A stretch of DNA of 25,550 nucleotides from Myxococcota bacterium (lineage in GTDB: Bacteria > Myxococcota_A > UBA796 > GCA-2862545), in assembly GCA_039208735.1 (NCBI GenBank), contig JBCCQY010000135.1:1-25550 (forward strand), read 5' to 3'. Below, piece after piece: positions 1 to 8,437 of this stretch; position 1 is the stretch's first letter; every line of letters begins with the position of its first letter. The notes under the pieces are model-generated. The model saw only the letters and a list, made by a program, of their open reading frames with translations, was not told the origin of the DNA and ran no database searches. Made by a program: the position numbers and the translations under genes.

Positions 1-1
1 T

Positions 2-421
2 GGGGCTCGATTCGGCAGGCCCGAGGCGGATATTTGGGTCGTGGCGGGTGACGGCGGGTTTCAGATGACCGCCTGTGAACTCTCGACGTGCGCTCAGGAG
101 GGCCTCAAGGTCAACATTGCGCTCATCAACAATCGGTATCTGGGCATGGTCCGTCAGTGGCAGGACTTCTTCCACGACAAGCGCTACGTCGCCACCCCCC
201 TCAAGAATCCTGACTTCCTGAAGCTCGCGGCGGCCCATGGACTGGATGGGCGAAGGGTGACGGCCCGCGATCAGGTCTCCGACGCCGTGGCTTGGGCCCA
301 AGCGCAGCCAGGAACCGTCGTGCTCGAGTTTCAGGTCCTCGAAGAGGATGCGGTTTACCCCATGGTGCCCGCGGGCAACGACATCGACGACATGCTTCGT
401 CGCCCGACCAAGGAAGGATGA
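2..421 (+). CDS. ilvB: Acetolactate synthase large (catalytic) subunit, C-terminal TPP-binding part; 5' end lies outside the window
   Basis: Frame open from position 2 ([23 protein letters not shown]). TPP-binding motif GDGGFQM...[12 protein letters not shown], then NPDF and VYPMVPAG. Lies upstream of ilvN, ilvC and ilvD. Confidence 0.95.
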   Translation, partial: GARFGRPEADIWVVAGDGGFQMTACELSTCAQEGLKVNIALINNRYLGMVRQWQDFFHDKRYVATPLKNPDFLKLAAAHGLDGRRVTARDQVSDAVAWAQAQPGTVVLEFQVLEEDAVYPMVPAGNDIDDMLRRPTKEG

Positions 422-739
422 TGCCCACGTTTGTGCTCACCCTGCGCGATGAGCCGGATGCACTGGCTCGGGTGATTTCGCTTTGCCATCGGCGAAACTA
501 CGCGATCGCCGACCTTTCGTGGAGTCGAACCCACACGCCGGGGATCCGCCGACTGACCCTGTCGTTGTCGGAGGGGCGACAGATTGCCCACAACCTCCGC
601 AAGCTTGAAGACGTGATGTCGGTCGAACCGCAGGACGGAGTCGGTGCGGGCGTTCGACACCTTGCGACCCCACATGATCGAAATGACCCAATCCGGTTCC
701 CTCTCCATGGCGTGGTGCGCCGCCCAGGAGGCCTACTGA
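418..739 (+). pseudogene. ilvN: Acetolactate synthase small (regulatory) subunit, internally deleted and frameshifted; the ACT domain reads in frame into ilvC
   Basis: ATG at 418 overlaps the ilvB stop (ATGA). Residues 418-630 give an ACT domain ([30 protein letters not shown]...[15 protein letters not shown]). An IlvH-like C-terminal remnant ([22 protein letters not shown]...AY*) is in the +1 frame and ends at TGA 737-739, overlapping the ilvC ATG. Confidence 0.65.
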
Positions 740-1737
740 TGGCCCAGATCCGATACGATTCCGATGCTGACCTCGACTTGATCCGCTGCAAGCGAGTGGC
801 CATTTTGGGCTACGGCTCGCAAGGCCACGCCCACGCGCGGAACCTGGCCGAGAGCGGGGTGAACGTCATCGTGGGCCTCCAACCCACAAGCGCTTCACGA
901 GCCCGTGCGGAGCAGGCCGGCCTGGCCGTGGCTTCGGTGGCTGAGGCGGTACGGCAAAGCCAGGTCGTCATGATGCTTGTGCCCGACACGCGGCAAGCCG
1001 AGGTCTACGAGGCCCACGTCGCCCCTCATCTCGAGCCTGGCGACACGCTGATGTTCGCCCACGGGTTCAACATTCGGTACCGCACCATCCAGCCCCCGGA
1101 CCACATCGACGTCAGCATGGTGGCCCCCAAGGGTCCCGGCCATCGGGTACGAGAAACCTACGTCGACGGTGGAGGAGTCCCGTGCCTCATCGCCGTGCAT
1201 CAGGACGCTTCGGGCCAGGCCGATGCCCAGGCCCTTGCGTACGCTTCGGCCATTGGGGGAGGTCGCGCTGGCGTCCTCACCACCACGTTCCAGGAAGAGA
1301 CCGAGACGGACTTGTTCGGCGAGCAGGCCGTGTTGTGCGGAGGAGCGAGCGAACTCGTGAAGGCTGGGTTCGAGACGCTTGTGGAAGCGGGGTACCAGCC
1401 CGAGATCGCCTATTTCGAGTGCCTGCACGAACTCAAGCTGATCGTCGACCTGATGTATCGGGGCGGGCTGAACTACATGCGGTACTCCATTTCGGACACC
1501 GCAGAGTACGGCGACTATGTCTCGGGTCCTCGCGTCATCGACGAGGGGGTTCGCGCCCGTATGAAGGACATCCTTGGCGAAATCCAAAGCGGGGCGTTCG
1601 CCAAGCGATGGATCGCCGAGCACCAGGCCGGGCGTCCGCAGTTTGAGGCGACGCGATCCCGCGAGTCGGAGCAACCGATCGAGCAGGTGGGACGGTCGCT
1701 ACGACGCATGATGCCGTTTGTGGACCCCGTGGAATGA
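739..1737 (+). CDS. ilvC: Ketol-acid reductoisomerase (short, class I)
   Basis: AGGAGG at 726-731 before ATG 739. Motifs [60 protein letters not shown] and SISDTAEYG. Confidence 0.97.
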   Translation: MAQIRYDSDADLDLIRCKRVAILGYGSQGHAHARNLAESGVNVIVGLQPTSASRARAEQAGLAVASVAEAVRQSQVVMMLVPDTRQAEVYEAHVAPHLEPGDTLMFAHGFNIRYRTIQPPDHIDVSMVAPKGPGHRVRETYVDGGGVPCLIAVHQDASGQADAQALAYASAIGGGRAGVLTTTFQEETETDLFGEQAVLCGGASELVKAGFETLVEAGYQPEIAYFECLHELKLIVDLMYRGGLNYMRYSISDTAEYGDYVSGPRVIDEGVRARMKDILGEIQSGAFAKRWIAEHQAGRPQFEATRSRESEQPIEQVGRSLRRMMPFVDPVE

Positions 1738-3410
1738 GCAAGCTCAATCGGACCAGTCAGCGGCTCACCCAGGTGCGGTCGCAAGGGGCGTCACAGGCGA
1801 TGCTCCTGGGAGCCGGTTTGTCGAGGGCCGACCTAAACAAGGCCCAGGTCGGCATCGTGAGCGTGTGGTGGGAGGGCAATCCGTGCAACATGCACCTCCT
1901 CGATCTCGCCGACGACGTGAAGACCGGAGTGAACGAGGCCGACCTCGTTGGGTTGAGGTTCAATACCATCGGGGTGAGTGACGGAATCTCAATGGGAACC
2001 GATGGCATGAGCTTCAGCTTGCCCTCGCGCGACCTCATTGCGGACTCCATCGAGACCGTGATGGGGGCGCAGTTCTATGACGGGGCGATTGCCATCCCGG
2101 GGTGCGACAAGAACCTGCCCGGCTGTGTGATGGGACTTGCGCGGGTTGGCCGACCGGGACTCGTCGTCTTCGGAGGGACGATCGCTCCGGGCTGCCACCG
2201 GGGTCGAGCCGTCGACATCGTCTCGGCCTTCCAGAGCTATGGCCAAATGCTCAGCGGCGAAATCGATGAATCCGAGCGCGAAGCAATTCTCGCCGCCGCT
2301 TGCCCAGGACCGGGGGCCTGCGGAGGCACGTACACCGCCAACTCGATGGCCGCGGCGATCGAAGCGATGGGCCTTTCCCTGCCCTACAGCAGCTCAACGC
2401 CGGCTGCCGATCCAGCCAAGCGCGACGAATGCCGCCGGGCGGGAGCCGCGGTGCGACGTCTGCTCGAACTCGATCTGCGACCGGCGGACATCATGACCCG
2501 TACGGCCTTCGACAACGCCACCGCCGTGGTCGTTGCCCTCGGCGGATCGACGAACGCGGTCCTGCATCTGCTGGCGATGGCACATTCCGTCGGCGTCTCG
2601 TACACCCTGAACGACATTCAAGCCGTGAGCGACCGCGTATCCGTCCTGGCGGACTTGAAGCCTAGCGGACGGTACCTCATGGCCGATCTGCATCGCGTGG
2701 GGGGAACGCCGGCTGTCATGAAAGTGCTTTTGGAAGCTGGATGGATCGACGGCCGCTGTCGCACCGTCACCGGTCAGACCATCGCTGAGAACCTGGCCGA
2801 ACTGCCAGGTTTTGAGGAAGGACAAGACGTCGTCCGGCCCCCCTCGAATCCCATTCGACAGTCCGGCCACCTTCGAATCCTTCGGGGGAATCTGGCTCCA
2901 GATGGTGCCGTAGCCAAGGTTTCGGGCAAGGAGGGCCATCGGTTCGAGGGTCCGGCACGCTGCTTCGACTCCGAAGAGGCGATGCTCACCGCCCTCGAAG
3001 CCGGAAAGATTCAGCGCGGCGACGTCGTGATCATTCGGTACGAAGGACCCAAGGGCGGTCCTGGAATGCCCGAGATGCTCACGCCGACCTCCGCCATCGT
3101 GGGTGCCGGCCTCGGCGGTGATGTCGCCCTCATTACCGATGGTCGATTTAGCGGCGGTTCGCACGGTTTCATCGTGGGCCACGTCACGCCCGAAGCCCAG
3201 GACGGCGGGCCCATTGCTCTCGTTCAGGACGGGGATCACATCACCGTCGATGCCACCGCGCGCACGATGGTCCTCGATGTAGGCGATGCCGAGCTCGACC
3301 GGCGAAGATCGACCTTCGTGCCTCCCGAGCCGAAAGCCCGGCGGGGAGTGCTGGGGCGGTACGTACGAACGGTTCAGCCCGCCTCACAAGGCTGCATCAC
3401 CGACGTCTAA
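1734..3410 (+). CDS. ilvD: Dihydroxy-acid dehydratase
   Basis: ATGA overlap with ilvC. Motifs [45 protein letters not shown] and [12 protein letters not shown]. Confidence 0.97.
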   Translation: MSKLNRTSQRLTQVRSQGASQAMLLGAGLSRADLNKAQVGIVSVWWEGNPCNMHLLDLADDVKTGVNEADLVGLRFNTIGVSDGISMGTDGMSFSLPSRDLIADSIETVMGAQFYDGAIAIPGCDKNLPGCVMGLARVGRPGLVVFGGTIAPGCHRGRAVDIVSAFQSYGQMLSGEIDESEREAILAAACPGPGACGGTYTANSMAAAIEAMGLSLPYSSSTPAADPAKRDECRRAGAAVRRLLELDLRPADIMTRTAFDNATAVVVALGGSTNAVLHLLAMAHSVGVSYTLNDIQAVSDRVSVLADLKPSGRYLMADLHRVGGTPAVMKVLLEAGWIDGRCRTVTGQTIAENLAELPGFEEGQDVVRPPSNPIRQSGHLRILRGNLAPDGAVAKVSGKEGHRFEGPARCFDSEEAMLTALEAGKIQRGDVVIIRYEGPKGGPGMPEMLTPTSAIVGAGLGGDVALITDGRFSGGSHGFIVGHVTPEAQDGGPIALVQDGDHITVDATARTMVLDVGDAELDRRRSTFVPPEPKARRGVLGRYVRTVQPASQGCITDV

Positions 3411-3432
3411 GCGACCTCCGACCGGCTTGCGC

Positions 3433-3462
3433 GGGAGGTGAGGCACGATAGCCTCGCCTCCC
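3433..3462 (+). terminator. GC-rich hairpin after ilvD, possible terminator or pause site
   Basis: GGGAGGTGAGGC-acgata-GCCTCGCCTCCC forms a 12-bp stem with one G-U pair, 22 nt after the ilvD stop. There is no U-tract. Confidence 0.45.
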
Positions 3463-3497
3463 AAGACGATTCCAAGCCACCATCTGGGCTGTGAACC

Positions 3498-4046
3498 ATG
3501 CTTGAGCCCATTACCGCCATCGATCACATCGCGACCGCCCGACTGGACCTCCTGTCGTGGCGAACCCATCACGCGACAGCACTTCACCAGCTGCTTGACG
3601 AAAACTTCGAATTTCTTCGGCCGTGGATTCCGTTCGTCGGACCTCATCGAAAGTCCCTCACCGATATCGGTCGCCTCCTCGAGCGCTACCATGCGCAACG
3701 CTCGGCGGGCCAGGCCGCTCGGTATGGTCTGTTTCCACGGGGTGTGGCCGTGCCTCTCGGCGAGGTGTTGGTGTTCAACCGGGGTGACCGTGTCGAATGT
3801 GGGTACTGGCTTGCCAAGTCCAGCACGGGTTTGGGGTACGCCTTCGAAGCGACCACCGCGTTGGTCGGGGAGGTGTTTGGCCGAACCAGTGTGGGCGCTA
3901 TCCACCTCGTCTGCGAAGCCGAGAACCAAGCCAGCAACCAGCTCGCCAAACGCCTCGGAGCCGTGGTCACAGAACGGGCGCACGGGCCTTCGGTACGAGA
4001 TGGTTCCGAGGTCGTTATCGTAACCTGGACCCTGCTGGGCCCTTGA
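3498..4046 (+). CDS. GNAT N-acetyltransferase, RimJ/RimL family
   Basis: TARLDL, FLRPWIPF, ECGYWLAKSSTGLGYAFEA (motif A) and ENQASNQLAKRLG are typical of the RimJ/RimL family. Confidence 0.85.
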   Translation: MLEPITAIDHIATARLDLLSWRTHHATALHQLLDENFEFLRPWIPFVGPHRKSLTDIGRLLERYHAQRSAGQAARYGLFPRGVAVPLGEVLVFNRGDRVECGYWLAKSSTGLGYAFEATTALVGEVFGRTSVGAIHLVCEAENQASNQLAKRLGAVVTERAHGPSVRDGSEVVIVTWTLLGP

Positions 4047-4079
4047 GTCTCTTGCCGGGCCGAGCGTTGCGCCTGCGGG

Positions 4080-4610
4080 CTAACAAGCACCGGAACTGGT
4101 CTTGGGCTGTTTCCGAAGCGCTTTCAGTAGCTTTCCGAGTTCCTCATTCCACTTTTCCACGTCGTAGCGGGCCTCCGTGAACCGGGCACAGACCCTCCCT
4201 TGGAGCCCCCGATACACGTGATTTCGCTCCGCAGGCCACCAATCGGGCGGAACCGCACCGGTCTCAAACAAGTCATCGTCGAGTAGGATGGGGATGAGAC
4301 GATCGCTATTGCCCTCCTGCTGCTCGCGTTGCAGCACCTGCTCCACCTCATGGAGCACACAGAGGACGTTCCGCGGTCCGTCGAAGCGCCTCGACGACAT
4401 CGTGTGCCACAGACTCCATCGTCGAGTCCCAGTTGACCTTGACTGCAAGCGGAACGTTCACAGACTTCACGAACCGCTTGAGTTCGTCTTTCTCGAAGGT
4501 CTCGATCAGGAAGTCGGCATGTTCCTGGGCAGGGCCTTCGACTGTCGATCGAACTCGAGGAGCCGTGAGTCACCTGCGAAGGTTTACGAAGTGTCTCCCA
4601 CGACCAGGCA
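4080..4610 (-). pseudogene. Frameshifted remnant of a TIR-domain gene (linker, EAD-like helical segment, C-terminal half of a TIR domain)
   Basis: 4358-4080 reads VLHEVEQVLQREQQEGNSDRLIPILLDDDLF...RVCARF...WNEELGKLLKALRK* (TIR C-half). 4518-4378, in another frame, reads ADFLIETFEKDELKRFV...VNWDSTMESVAHDVVEALRR. 4576-4538, in a third frame, reads QVTHGSSSSIDSR. No plausible start and no TIR N-half (FISY-type strand) were seen. Confidence 0.6.
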
Positions 4611-4661
4611 GGCCGTGCGGTTGCCGCATTATCGAAACCGCGCTCGCGGCCGTGGGTGCAG

Positions 4662-6020
4662 TCAGCCGGTTTGCCCGATGGCCACCAGAATCCCATTGCA
4701 GTCTCGGATCCGGGCCACGACCGGGCCGAACGGTTGAGGTTGGGGCTCGTGGATAGAGTGCGCGCCGGCGTCGAGGGCGCGGCCATACACAGCATTCGCA
4801 TCTGCGACGACTATCGAAAGGTGAAAGCCTGCTGCCATCGCTTCCACTCGGTTCGGGGTGAAAGAACCATACTTCTCCTCCTCGAGGGCTTCCGAGCTGA
4901 AGGAAAGGGTCGTCTCGCCGGTCAAGAGTTCGGCGTAGTGCCCGTCAGGCGTCACCATACGTGCCTCGAGACCGAAGACACGCCGGTACCACCGCACGGT
5001 GGCAGCAACGTCGGAGACGTGCACCATGACGTGAGACAGCGTGGCGCGTGGGGCATCGACTCGACTCCGAGGAGTGGTTCCGAACGCCGCCCTCAGGACC
5101 TGAACCTGCTCATGGCGTGAGCGCGCGGCCAGTGACCCGTCGGGCACCTGGTCGAACCCATGAAAGCTCCCCGCGAAGTGGTGAAGCTCGACAGGAACCC
5201 CATCGGCCATCAGCCGCTGCGCAAGGGCGATTCCTTCGTCCCGAAGGGGATCGAACTCCGCCGTCCAGATGTAGGTAGGTGGTAAATCCGAGAGGTCCTC
5301 GGCTCGAAGTGGAGCGGCACGAGGGTCGGTCTCGGTGCCCCAGGTTTCGCCCAGGTAGTTCTTCCACATGTGGGTGTTCGCGGTTCGGGTCCAGTTCGGG
5401 GTGTCGTCGAAGGCCAGCATAGATCCCGTCTGCATCCGATCGTCCGTCACCGGAAACCCGAGCAGCTGGAAGGCGACTGTCGGGCCTTGGCGCTCCTTGG
5501 CCATCCAGGCCACCGCGAACGCGATGGTCGCACCTGCACTCGTGCCCCCTACGGCCAAGCGCTCGGGGTCGATGCCGAGGTCCTTGGCGTGCCGCTGGGC
5601 CCAGAGCAACGCCGCGTAGCCGTCGTCGGGCGCAGCGGGGAAGGGATGCTCCGGAGCGAGGCGGTAGTCGACCGAGATGACTACGCAGCCGACGTCCCTC
5701 GCGAGCATGACGCACCGAGGATGTTCGGTCTCCAGATCACCTACAACGAACCCGCCCCAGTGGAAAAACACGAGGGCAGGAAGCAGCGTCGGCGTCGGTG
5801 GCGGGGCGTATATGCGCAGCCGGAGGGCTCCCCCCAATCCCTCGATCTCTAGCTCGTCGATGCTCAGGCCCTCGGTCGCGACCGGGGGGCGGAAGCTCGG
5901 CAGTCGGGAGACCATCATGCGTGCCTGCTGCACGTCGCGATTGTCGACAGCCGGCATGTGGCGGGCCGCCCTGGCGAGGTCAGGATCAAGCTTGTCTAGC
6001 GCGTAGCTCATCTTCTTCAT
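4662..6020 (-). CDS. Family IV (HSL-like) esterase/lipase fused to a C-terminal VOC/glyoxalase-like domain
   Basis: GAGGT RBS before ATG 6020 (MKKMSY). HWGGFVVG, SVDYRLAPEHPFPAAPDD, nucleophile GTSAG, DPLRDEG and FHGF, followed by a VOC fold (LSHVMVHVSDVAATVRWYRRVFGL...EPQPQPFG...IRDCNG). Confidence 0.9.
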   Translation of the reverse strand: MKKMSYALDKLDPDLARAARHMPAVDNRDVQQARMMVSRLPSFRPPVATEGLSIDELEIEGLGGALRLRIYAPPPTPTLLPALVFFHWGGFVVGDLETEHPRCVMLARDVGCVVISVDYRLAPEHPFPAAPDDGYAALLWAQRHAKDLGIDPERLAVGGTSAGATIAFAVAWMAKERQGPTVAFQLLGFPVTDDRMQTGSMLAFDDTPNWTRTANTHMWKNYLGETWGTETDPRAAPLRAEDLSDLPPTYIWTAEFDPLRDEGIALAQRLMADGVPVELHHFAGSFHGFDQVPDGSLAARSRHEQVQVLRAAFGTTPRSRVDAPRATLSHVMVHVSDVAATVRWYRRVFGLEARMVTPDGHYAELLTGETTLSFSSEALEEEKYGSFTPNRVEAMAAGFHLSIVVADANAVYGRALDAGAHSIHEPQPQPFGPVVARIRDCNGILVAIGQTG

Positions 6021-6058
6021 GGTCACCTCTTGGCTGCCTTTCACCCTCGCACCATTTA

Positions 6059-6089
6059 TCTTGTTTATCAAGATTCTTGATCAACAAGA
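6059..6089. promoter_or_regulatory. Palindromic operator upstream of the esterase-VOC gene, probable MarR site
   Basis: TCTTGTTtATCAAGA-T-TCTTGATcAACAAGA is a 31-bp palindrome with one mismatched pair. Its core TCAAGA-N-TCTTGA (6068-6080) recurs at 7220-7232. Confidence 0.7.
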
Positions 6090-6148
6090 CAACTCGTGAG
6101 CCACCAAGGGGTGGAACGAGGCGCAGCAAAATGCAGTTCTGACGACCA

Positions 6149-6562
6149 TCAGTCATGGTCCGTCGACCGGCGTCGCCGGATTCGCTGAGGCGACCGATTG
6201 GGAATGCGGATGAGTTCTCCGCGGGCCTCAAGGTCGGTCTTGGTGTAGCGCGTGTAGTTGGTGGTTCGTCCTGTCGGGAAGGCGGGGTGGTCACCGAGCT
6301 CGGCCTGGGTCATGGCGACGACGCTCTTCAGCAGCACCTCCCCGTCGTCGTCGGCAAGCGAGTCCACCGCATCCAGGATGACTTGGCGCAGCAGAACGTA
6401 CTGCTCGGCCGCGATTGTGAAAGCCTCGGAATAGCCGGGTTTGTTGGCGTTGAGGATCAGCGCACGGCCCCGCAACCAGGCCTCCGCGACCCGCGCTTGA
6501 ACGTCGGGAGCCAGGTGGTCTCGGGCCTGCCGAGACAACCCCTCGTCGTCGAGTGCGTCCAT
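6149..6562 (-). CDS. Small hypothetical protein, DUF6958-like (probable winged-helix-type fold)
   Basis: C-terminal TKTDLEARGELIRIPNRSPQRIR and Y..LRQVIL patterns recalled from the DUF6958 family. ATG 6562 (or TTG 6568) is coupled to the upstream SRPBCC stop. Confidence 0.65.
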   Translation of the reverse strand: MDALDDEGLSRQARDHLAPDVQARVAEAWLRGRALILNANKPGYSEAFTIAAEQYVLLRQVILDAVDSLADDDGEVLLKSVVAMTQAELGDHPAFPTGRTTNYTRYTKTDLEARGELIRIPNRSPQRIRRRRSTDHD

Positions 6563-6564
6563 GC

Positions 6565-7188
6565 TCAACTCGCGGCGGGCAGCGGCACTGCGTAGGGATT
6601 CGGAGCCGTCGGCGGACGGCCAACGACCCGCCCGTCAGCGTCGAGGTGGGGAGGCTCCGAGAACGCCTTGAGTCCGGCGAGATCGCGTCGGTGCATCTCG
6701 CGGGTCCACGCCGATAGTCCACCGAAGTGCCAGATGGCGTTGAAGGGGCGTGGAAGTCGGTTCAAGAAGTGCAGGTGAACGCGACATCGTTTTTCGTCCA
6801 GCGGCTCGACTTCGAACCGAAGCTCGGGATGATGCGGTGGACCAGGTCCGACTAGGGTCATGACGACCTCTCGTTGGTCGATGATGCTCGTGATGGTCTG
6901 GTGCCCGACCTCCCGGCCTCGAGACAAGAAGACGGTTCGTGCTCCCTTGGTGCCATCGACCCCTGTAGGTCCAGGGTCGACCGCGCACTGAGAGTTCGTC
7001 TCCGGCGGCCACGCCGACCATCGCATCAGATGATCTTGAAGGCGAATGTCATCGAAGACGTCACCAACCGGCGCATCGACGTCGATGTACTCGGTATACT
7101 CGACGCGCACTGGCGAGAGACCAGACAGCACAACCAGGAACAGGGCGAGCACTCCGAGCCCTCCGAGGACTACAACCAGGGCGGTCAT
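6565..7188 (-). CDS. SRPBCC (polyketide cyclase/START-like) protein with an N-terminal membrane anchor
   Basis: GGAG RBS before ATG 7188 (alternative GTG 7200). Hydrophobic N-terminus, then VEYTEYIDVDAPVGDVFDDI...WSAWP, GVDGTKGA and a C-terminal helix DLAGLKAFSE. Confidence 0.8.
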   Translation of the reverse strand: MTALVVVLGGLGVLALFLVVLSGLSPVRVEYTEYIDVDAPVGDVFDDIRLQDHLMRWSAWPPETNSQCAVDPGPTGVDGTKGARTVFLSRGREVGHQTITSIIDQREVVMTLVGPGPPHHPELRFEVEPLDEKRCRVHLHFLNRLPRPFNAIWHFGGLSAWTREMHRRDLAGLKAFSEPPHLDADGRVVGRPPTAPNPYAVPLPAAS

Positions 7189-7219
7189 TCCGAACTCCAC
7201 TTGAGAAATGATTAGATCG

Positions 7220-7232
7220 TCAAGACTCTTGA
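7220..7232. promoter_or_regulatory. Palindromic operator in the divergent SRPBCC/marR intergenic region
   Basis: TCAAGA-C-TCTTGA has the same core as 6068-6080 and lies in an AT-rich divergent promoter region next to marR. Confidence 0.7.
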
Positions 7233-7281
7233 ACGAGCAGGTAACGATTTAGAACAACGATCGACACCCCGAGGTCCTTCA

Positions 7282-7770
7282 TTGGCCAGCAGCCCATCCT
7301 CAGGCGTTCCGAGCCTCATCTCGACGTGCCGTGAACTCTATGAAGCCATCGATCGTCTGGACCAACGCGCAGCCGACCGCGTCGGGGTCTCGAGGAACGA
7401 CCTTCGGGCGCTGAACCTGCTGGAGCGGGGTCCTCAACGAGCCGGTGAACTGGCGGCACAGCTAGGTCTCACGTCGGGGGCCATGACGACTCTCATCGAC
7501 CGACTCGAGAAGACCGGCCTGGCTACCCGAACCCGCGATCCCGCCGACCGACGGGTGGTGCTGGTCGCCCCCACAGACCGGCTCTTCAAGGAAGTCGGAG
7601 GCCTGTATCGTCAGGTCGCGGGCCACCTGACGAGCCTTGCCGAGCGCTACACAGCGCAGGAACTCGAAGTTGCCCTTCGACACCTTCGTGAGATCATCGC
7701 TGCGTATGAGAGCGCGACCGACGACTCGGAATCCTCGTCGCGTGACAGCAACGTGAGCCGTGGAACATAG
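7282..7770 (+). CDS. MarR-family transcriptional regulator
   Basis: Winged HTH: GVSRNDLRALNLL...AGELAAQLGLTSGAMTTLIDRLEKTGLATRTRDPADRRVVLV. TTG start with an upstream GAGG. Confidence 0.92.
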   Translation: MASSPSSGVPSLISTCRELYEAIDRLDQRAADRVGVSRNDLRALNLLERGPQRAGELAAQLGLTSGAMTTLIDRLEKTGLATRTRDPADRRVVLVAPTDRLFKEVGGLYRQVAGHLTSLAERYTAQELEVALRHLREIIAAYESATDDSESSSRDSNVSRGT

Positions 7771-7850
7771 CCCACGCCTTGACCCGTCAGTGAAGCGGGA
7801 AGGCTTCCGCCACCTACGCGCGGGCTCCCTGTACGCCGCGAAGATCTCGA

Positions 7851-7934
7851 CGCACCATTGAGTTCGGCGTTGCCGATCAGCGCCTCGGCAAGGTTGGCGC
7901 CGACGAGGTTTGCTTCGTTGAGTACGGTCGAGAG
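7851..7934 (-). pseudogene. Pentapeptide-repeat gene fragment
   Basis: Reads LS-TVLNE-ANLVG-ANLAE-ALIGN-AELNG-A (A[D/N]LXX periodicity). No start codon lies between it and an in-frame TGA at 7988-7986, so the ORF track misses it. Confidence 0.6.
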
Positions 7935-8025
7935 CGGGTGGCTAGGCGAGGAGCCGCTGACCTTCGGCGCTGCGCGCCTGCAGGCTCACACGGTCAGCTT
8001 TCGTCGCATTGCTCCTGCAAGCTGA

Positions 8026-8391
8026 TCAGCCGTTGTAGTAGAACGTCTCCTTCTGAATCTGCCCCTCGTCGTTCCATTCCTGAACGGCCCACTGCGTCCG
8101 TTGCATACGGTTGCCGCCCATCGTGAGGTCCATCGACATCTCGTACGCCGTGGTGTTGCCGTCGGCGATGACCGGACCGACCTTCACATCGTGGAACTCG
8201 GCGTTGTTCACGAAGTACGTCTCGTACTCGCGATTGACGTCTTTGCCCACACGGGTCTGCTCGGGGTTGCCGTTCTCGCTCATCACGCAGGTGTCGCAGT
8301 AGTGCTTCTCGAAGCCGTCGAGCAGCTTGCCCGTGGTGATGTGCTCGATGAGGTCAAGGACGTTCTGGCGGTTGCGGTCGGTGTTCGACAT
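8026..8391 (-). CDS. SnoaL-like / NTF2-fold protein
   Basis: GGAGG RBS. 121 aa with GKLLDGFEKHYCDTCVMSEN...RVGKDVNREYE and AVQEWNDEGQIQKETFYY. Strong G/C third-position bias. Confidence 0.85.
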   Translation of the reverse strand: MSNTDRNRQNVLDLIEHITTGKLLDGFEKHYCDTCVMSENGNPEQTRVGKDVNREYETYFVNNAEFHDVKVGPVIADGNTTAYEMSMDLTMGGNRMQRTQWAVQEWNDEGQIQKETFYYNG

Positions 8392-8437
8392 GGTTCCTCC
8401 AAAGGGCCGCCGTGAGGTGCGGCCCGATGAAGATTCC

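Noticed and set aside
292..417. N-terminal extension of the 481-aa ORF
   Set aside because: It overlaps ilvB in another frame. The coupled start is ATG 418.
4060..4110. GTTAGCC at the TIR-remnant stop as an integron attC core site
   Set aside because: I found no matching inverse core with an attC-like hairpin, no cassette array and no integrase in the window.
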